A DNA stretch of 64,000 bases from Amoebidium appalachense (Eukaryota; Protista; Ichthyosporea). This document shows positions 55,915-64,000 of the stretch, piece by piece. The stretch is from the NCBI GenBank assembly GCA_963693365.1, contig CAVNZM010000014.1, positions 2,914,001 to 2,978,000 on the forward strand. Direction: 5' to 3'. A model generated the notes under the pieces. That model saw only the letters and a list, made by a program, of their open reading frames with translations. It searched no databases and was not told where the DNA came from. Positions within the stretch are counted from its first letter, which is position 1. The number at the start of each line of letters is the position of its first letter. Made by a program: the position numbers and the translations under genes.

Positions 55915-58835
55915 GAGGGGGAGGTGAGGGGGGGGGGGGGGGGGAGGGGGTGAAGGGGTTATTAGAGTGTGTCACAGTGTACGGTGTACACATTCACTGT
56001 TGACCAAGACGGGGCAGATTGCAAAGCACACATGAAGAATATCGGTCAAAAGCAGTGCCGTAGAGGGGGGAGGGAGGGGGGTGGATATGCCAGCCAACGA
56101 GAGGCAGAAAAGGGGGTGAGTGTGTGAGTGCATGTGAAAGTGTGGGTGTGTGCGGACCAGAGGGGGGGAAGGGGAAGAAAGGGAGGGAACGGAGGGAAGG
56201 GGAAGGCTGGAATGTGCTAGAATGTAGAAGGTGGTTCTTAGGCCTTTGATTTGGAGTCTGTGTGCCCGTGGGGTACTGGGGGGAGGGAGGAAAGGAGGGG
56301 GGGGGTAAAAGAAAGATACTGGGTGCCGGAGCAGGGGGAGAATGAGTCTGGTCAAGGCCGGGCATTAAAGATGTGGCTGAGTAAAAAGGCGCCAAATTGA
56401 GAGACGTACGCGTGTGGCAGTTGGTATTGTATATACATCACAGTGACTATCGTAGTCCATTTCCCGGTATATTCCTCTATCTTTCCTGGCGTAGCAATGC
56501 TCCCCCCCCCCCCCCCCCCCCCCAGGTTTTATCCGATTCCCCTCACCCCTCTTTTTAATCTTAAAGCACCCAGAGCCCACCACACTGCCCACATAAGCAC
56601 GGACAGACTGGACAGTAGTACACATGTCCACCAATCAAAAGTTTCTCTTTTCCATCCCATCCCGTGACTTATGCTAACACAAATCAAAAGAATGATTGCC
56701 TTTACTAATTACACAATCCCATCACGCGACTTATGTGCCACCAACCAAGCAAATTGCTCAGGTCCCATCATGTGACTAGCGTGCCCACCAATTAAACAAG
56801 GCGCTTCGAAATTCCAATTATTCCCACCACGTGACTTACAACGTATCTACCAATCAAATGATTTGCGTAAATCCAATCACGTGACCTACCGGTGGCCAGG
56901 TATGCGGCGGCGGTAGCGGCAGCCACGACGCCAAAGCCCATGGCGGCAGAGGCGGGGCGGACACCAGCCTGGGTGGCCAGAGTGCGCACGGCACCTAAAA
57001 AAAAATGGAGGGGGGGGGGGGGGGGGGGGGGGGGGATGTTAGACTAAGTGTGTGTGTGTGTGTGTGTGGGGGGGGGGGGGGGCAGAGAGAGAGAGAGAGA
57101 TGTGTGCGTATATCTTGAGGTACAAATGCCGGGCCAGGTGGAGGGGGGAGAAGGGGGGAGGAGGGCAGAACGCTTTAGTAGAGTACTAATATTAACGACG
57201 AGAAGTGTGCATGCAGGCATGCAAAAGAAAAAAAAAAAAAGTGCATGCACCATCAAGAGAGCTTCTATAATTTTCCGTGGTGGAAGGTTAAATATAACAC
57301 AAAGGAGGGCGGAACGGTGGGGGTTTGCTGGGGTGTGTGGGTCGGTGGGGAGTGGGGGTGAAGCGGATAAAAGGGATGAAGAATGTCGTAATTGCTTATG
57401 TTTAGATCTTAAAAGTTCTTAATGACACAAAAAGACCCCGGGGGTTTGTGTTCTCATTTGGGCGGGCGGGCGACCAGGGGGGGGAGGGAGCGGGCGGGCG
57501 ACCGGGGGGAGGGAGGAGAAGGAGTAGAGAAGGGGAGCACGGGAGGGCCGGTTGAGGCCGAGGAAAGATGGGTGAGAGGGGAAGGGGAGAAAGGGAGAGG
57601 AGAAGGGAGGATGAGGGAGAGAGGGAAGTGAAAGAGAAAAATGCAGAAACCATCAGGTGTCGACTGAGGGGAGGGGGGAGGAGGGGAGGGGGGAGGGGAA
57701 AGGGGAAGGGGGCCCAAAAGGGATTGGGTAAAGCTTTGTGGCTATCATAGCCAGACGTGAAAGCGCATCAAGCTACAAACTAAGGCACACACAGACACAC
57801 AGACATAGACACCCACACACATACACAGGCACACGCAAGCCTTAAGGACTATCACTCTGTTGCCTCTCCTCTCAATAACTATAGAAAACGGTTAGGGCTT
57901 ATGAAAAGCATGATGAAATTGCTCATACACAGACAATAGCGAAGCCGAAACACAGCATATATAACTTACCAGTCCGGGCGGCAGACCAGGTCCGGACAGC
58001 AGACCGGGCAGCAACTGCACATGAAGATCAATTCAAGTGTTAGTGGCATTGTCTTATAGAAGAGGAGGAAGTCTAACTTTTTTCCTTATGTGTAAGTAAT
58101 TAACAGGCGAAGCCTTGTCCCATCATATTATATGGAGAGGTCCTGAATGCTACTCTCAGACACCTTCTTCCTCATCGTTTCTTATGAGTCATTAATTGTA
58201 TATCCAAGACCTGCACGTTCACAAATATAAACGTTTTTCAGGAGTCTCTACTTGGACGGGAAAGGTACGGGAGAAACCCCAGTGACAGCAAGGGAAGGAA
58301 AGACGAGAAGCATAGAGAGGGACTCGACGGGAGGAGGGGAAGGAGGGAGAGTAGTAGGGTGAAAAGCAAAAGGGCCTGGCTTACAGGAACACTGAAGTTG
58401 TAATAAATAGTTATTAAGCACGCACGTGTGAGGGTGCTGGTAGTTATGTGTGAGTGTGTTGGCTTTCTTTTTATGTGGGCGCCGATGGTGTGGTGCTCAT
58501 TGGGGAGGAAGGGAAGGGGGTGGTAGGGGGAGAGTGAGAAGCCGAGACGAGGGGCGAGGGAAGGGAGGGGAGATGGGGTGTTATGTCCTAAGTATAGAAG
58601 CACTGACGAGGGTGGGCGAGGGGAAGAGGAAGGAAGGAGGGGAACCGGGGGCCGGGCGGGGGGGGAGGGGCGGGGAGGGGGTTGGGGAAGGGGGGAGGGG
58701 GGAGGGGGGGAAGGGAGAAGGGGGATAAACAACGACAGGGCATCGTGCCCACAAAGCATTCCACCACAACACTATAATCAATCAACCCTTTCAACACGTA
58801 AACGTACCGAGGCGGGTGGCGGAGCGGGCAAACAT
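52935..58835 (-). CDS. NDK: Nucleoside diphosphate kinase with an N-terminal mitochondrial targeting extension
   Basis: Exons 58835-58808, 58014-57970, 56994-56890, 55835-55720, 55084-54998, 54033-53794, 53012-52935. Core: [69 protein letters not shown], catalytic NIIHGSDS. N-terminus [30 protein letters not shown]. Confidence 0.95.
54338..54470 (-). mobile_element. Copy of the dispersed intronic repeat
   Basis: Reverse complement reads CCCTGAGGATGGGCTCTGCTTATGACGCATAC...GTACTTCGTACCGTGTTCCACATTCAAACCCC. Confidence 0.7.
56655..56890 (-). repeat. Five degenerate tandem copies of the NDK exon-3 donor region
   Basis: Plus-strand CCCATCACGTGACTTA-like units at ~56660, 56720, 56765, 56825 and 56875, spaced ~50-60 bp. 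Confidence 0.75.
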
Positions 58836-59520
58836 TTTCGTGTTTGTAACGTGCGACTTTGGGCTACCCAGAACTGGTGACTGAAACACCTTTTGGTGGT
58901 CGTTGCGATCAAAGTTTGTTCGGCCGCTGACGCGGAGAGCACGTGCTGGGCAGAACAACAAAACTTTCCGGAATTTCCTTATCGAGAAACTTTAACCGAA
59001 ACGCTTGATCCTATTCGCGGAGAGCGCACCACTTTATTTATTTTGGTCGCTTCCTATTGGATCTAAGGGTATCAGATACATACTTTCTTATCACTAAGCA
59101 ACCGGCCCCGCCCAGCTACTGGTTGCTGGTGCGGCCACTGTGTACACACCGTGGCACAGGCACACACAGAGAGACACACACAGCAGCTCATCATACAATT
59201 TTTCCAAGAATTAGCCAAGAGAAACGTTCAACTACATAAACTATCTGAAACTCTTTTTCAATAAGAGAAGCCAGTGGCATATATTTTCAAAATTACGGGG
59301 TTCCAGACCACCACAATCCCTGACACATGGGTGCACTCAGGGGAGACTCAGTGAGAAGAATGAAAAGGTTAAAATGCGGACATGCCAGGAACCCAAAGCC
59401 AGATGCCAACTGCTCATTTTTCACTATACACTATACATATTTGAACCTCCGTGCCAAGGGTTAACCGTCAATAAAAGCAAGTATATACAAAATCCGCAAG
59501 GTATTTTTTAACTAAGCCTT

Positions 59521-59956
59521 ATGTCTCGTTTTATATATACTGACCGCCTCAACCATATTGCCAAATATGGCACTCGCAAGTGTATAACACCTAAATACAT
59601 ATTACCTTCCTGTAGAACTGGTCTTTCTCTAGCTGATGGTATTATTGATCAATTACCACGCTTTTACTGTACACGTGCTATACAGTGGAGATCTAATAAG
59701 TATAAGGTGGCATCATTTGCATGCCCAAACAACACACACACACACCAGTTTAACCGGTCATGTATCGCCAAATGTAGTTTGATAGACCACATAATACCGC
59801 AACACACACACGTCACATTCACAACAGACACCCAGAAAGATAGCCTACCTGTAAATTACAACATCCTTGATTTTATACTAAACACGCGTAACTACGACCT
59901 GTTTATTAGATGTATTGATTGGCTTGAGAAACACATCACTACAAAATTATAGCGCA

Positions 59957-60033
<77 letters not shown>
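59521..60033 (+). mobile_element. Probable 5'-truncated non-LTR retrotransposon 3' end (ORF2 C-terminus) with a (CA)n tail
   Basis: Intronless 143-aa ORF 59521-59952 with RAIQWR...CP..H...NRSC..KC...NILDFILN, resembling C-termini of some fungal/protist LINE reverse-transcriptase ORFs as I recall them. The stop is followed almost immediately by (CA)n. No RT catalytic motif is visible. Confidence 0.45.
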
Positions 60034-60035
<2 letters not shown>

Positions 60036-60068
60036 CCAGCTGATACCGAGTGTCCCGAGGGGAGCCCC

Positions 60069-60114
<46 letters not shown>

Positions 60115-61833
60115 GGGGAACCCCAACTAATTGATTTCTCCTTGTAGTCTTTATGGTGTCTCGTAGAGAAAGTAAACCCTGATATATAGTCACCACCCGA
60201 CATCTATGTACGTGATCATGATATACCGCTGAGGGGATATTCCGAGCAAACCCCCCCCCCCATACCTGAGACTGGTTCTCTTTGCCTCGAGTAAACAGCG
60301 TAAACCCCCTTTTTAACTTCCTGGTGTAAAGTTACTGAAAAGCATGCGGCTGTGAAGTTGTGTATCATATACGACCTAACGTTCGAATGGGAGAAAGTGA
60401 GTGGTGTAATTTTGCTCTATTTGCTCAAATATTCTCCACTAACTTCTTCTATGTTCCCGCCCGCGTTCAGAGTCCTCCTTAGCCGATCATGAGCCCAGCC
60501 CTTCACACAATCACCTTCACAAGGTCTAAGTTATACTCAAGTGAAGCTGACTGAAACATAGAATTCAAGCACCCTGTTTTCGATTACCCACACCAGTTAT
60601 AGCACTCCATGCCCTTACTACGAGGAACATGCCCTTGCTTATCGGTTTACCCATGTGCACCGTGGACAAGTGCACACTCTGAAACTGGAGAAGCTTAATA
60701 TCAGGCATATGCATTCTCCAGTTTGCTCCTTTTATGTGAGACCTTCCTCGTGCCCAGTCTACAGTAATTCCCAAAATACGCAAGCCTTCCTGTCTTTCAT
60801 CTGCTGCTAACACCTCAGCCTAAAACAAGCATTTCTACGATATCACATCATACATCTAATTACTCCACTCCATCTTTTGGGATCCCAAGAACGTCCAAGT
60901 CCTTGACCACTCCATCCCCATGACATCAATATATAAAACTAATCTTCACAATTCTCCATCCTAAGGCACGCATCACCACGTCATACACACCAGGCATACA
61001 CGCACACACCTTCGCGTCCAGGCACGATCGCATAAGCACTGTTGGACAATTTCCATTCACGTCCCGAACCACTAGATGCCTTCCGACAGTATACTCGGCA
61101 TACGTAATTTTGCATCCCACTATCATGCAACAGAAAAAACAGCTAATAGGTCCAAGTCTATCTCATTAAACTCTCCGTATGGTATGTCTGTAACCACGAG
61201 TAACACACACAAAAATCATTTATGTGCTAATATGCATATTATTTAGAGAAGTTTATTACTTAGACAGACGCAGTATATATATGCGCGCACCATTCAAGAA
61301 AGAACGTGTATTTGCGTCAGCAGTCACGTTGGACCAGCGGAGAAGGGAAAAGTTTCGAGATAGGCAATAGGTGATAATGAGCGCGCCTATGATTGGTGGA
61401 TACTTAGCTTCAATTAATCGCCCTGAATCTTACCGGTAAATTGGTAGCCGCATAAAGCCTGTATTTATTCATTAATAGTGTCAATATATGAACATAAATG
61501 TTTTTATAAACCCCATTGTTATTAATTTACCAGGTTTATAATTTTTTATTAGCAAAAACCATAATGTTCTGAGAGAGAAATTACGGCTTGAAACGGCAGC
61601 CTGTAGATGAACCAACATATGACTTGACTACGGGCATCTGATTAGTTAAAAGTCAGTGTTTGATAATGCCGCATAGCCAACAGCGTCGAAACTCGCACCA
61701 GCCGTTTGAAAAACCGGGGGAGGCTCCTTCGCATTCATTTCTTGCCTTCCCGTTTTTACCAGCGAATTGAACCATTGCTTTTTCAGAGTTTGGATTAGTT
61801 CTGACTTTTCTATTCGCCCAGTGAAAAACATAG

Positions 61834-63719
<1,886 letters not shown>

Positions 63720-64000
63720 GCGAGCGAGAGAGAGAGAAAGCAGTGGTCGAAACGATAAAAGAATATGAACGTCGAACATCATAATCAACTTCTGGTCTCA
63801 ACTTTTCAGTATGTTTACGTGTTCCTCCAGCATGATTAGCCCGGTCTAGGGGCAGAAATATAGTGGGGTGGTACGTTGGCTTTTTAGGAAGGTTTGCTGA
63901 TTTTCTATGCGATGTAGGTATTCACTTAGGCGTTATGCACCCCTTTTTCTTTTCTTAGGGGATGCACACTCTTTAGCGGTGACATCTGCCATTTTCGATG

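Overview
Intron-rich eukaryotic genomic DNA. A unicellular holozoan-like protist is plausible, but that is inference only. Introns are packed with (CA)n/(GA)n microsatellites and long C/G/A/T homopolymers, and almost all ORFs in the supplied track are repeat artefacts. Following GT-AG sites and reading-frame phase by hand, I reconstructed six spliced genes: (1) a 5'-truncated TrhO/TSTD2-like rhodanese fused in frame to a cation-dependent O-methyltransferase (+, <300-12670); (2) a CYHR1/ZFTRAF1-like RING/TRAF zinc-finger protein (-, 13590-22843); (3) NUDCD1 (+, 23219-33904); (4) a WD40 protein with a long disordered N-terminus (-, 35468-46448, possibly starting at 49673); (5) a mitochondrial-type nucleoside diphosphate kinase (-, 52935-58835); (6) Rap1 (+, 61837-63719). 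The most interesting item is the TrhO-methyltransferase fusion, which joins the two enzyme families that in bacteria act consecutively to make 5-methoxyuridine at tRNA U34. Also notable: recurrent local duplication of splice sites and CDS ends in five genes, a dispersed ~110-135 bp intronic repeat whose 3' end provides a branch-point-like CTAAC, and a probable non-LTR retrotransposon 3' remnant with a (CA)n tail. Homopolymer lengths may be unreliable, and all gene models are manual and lack transcript support.
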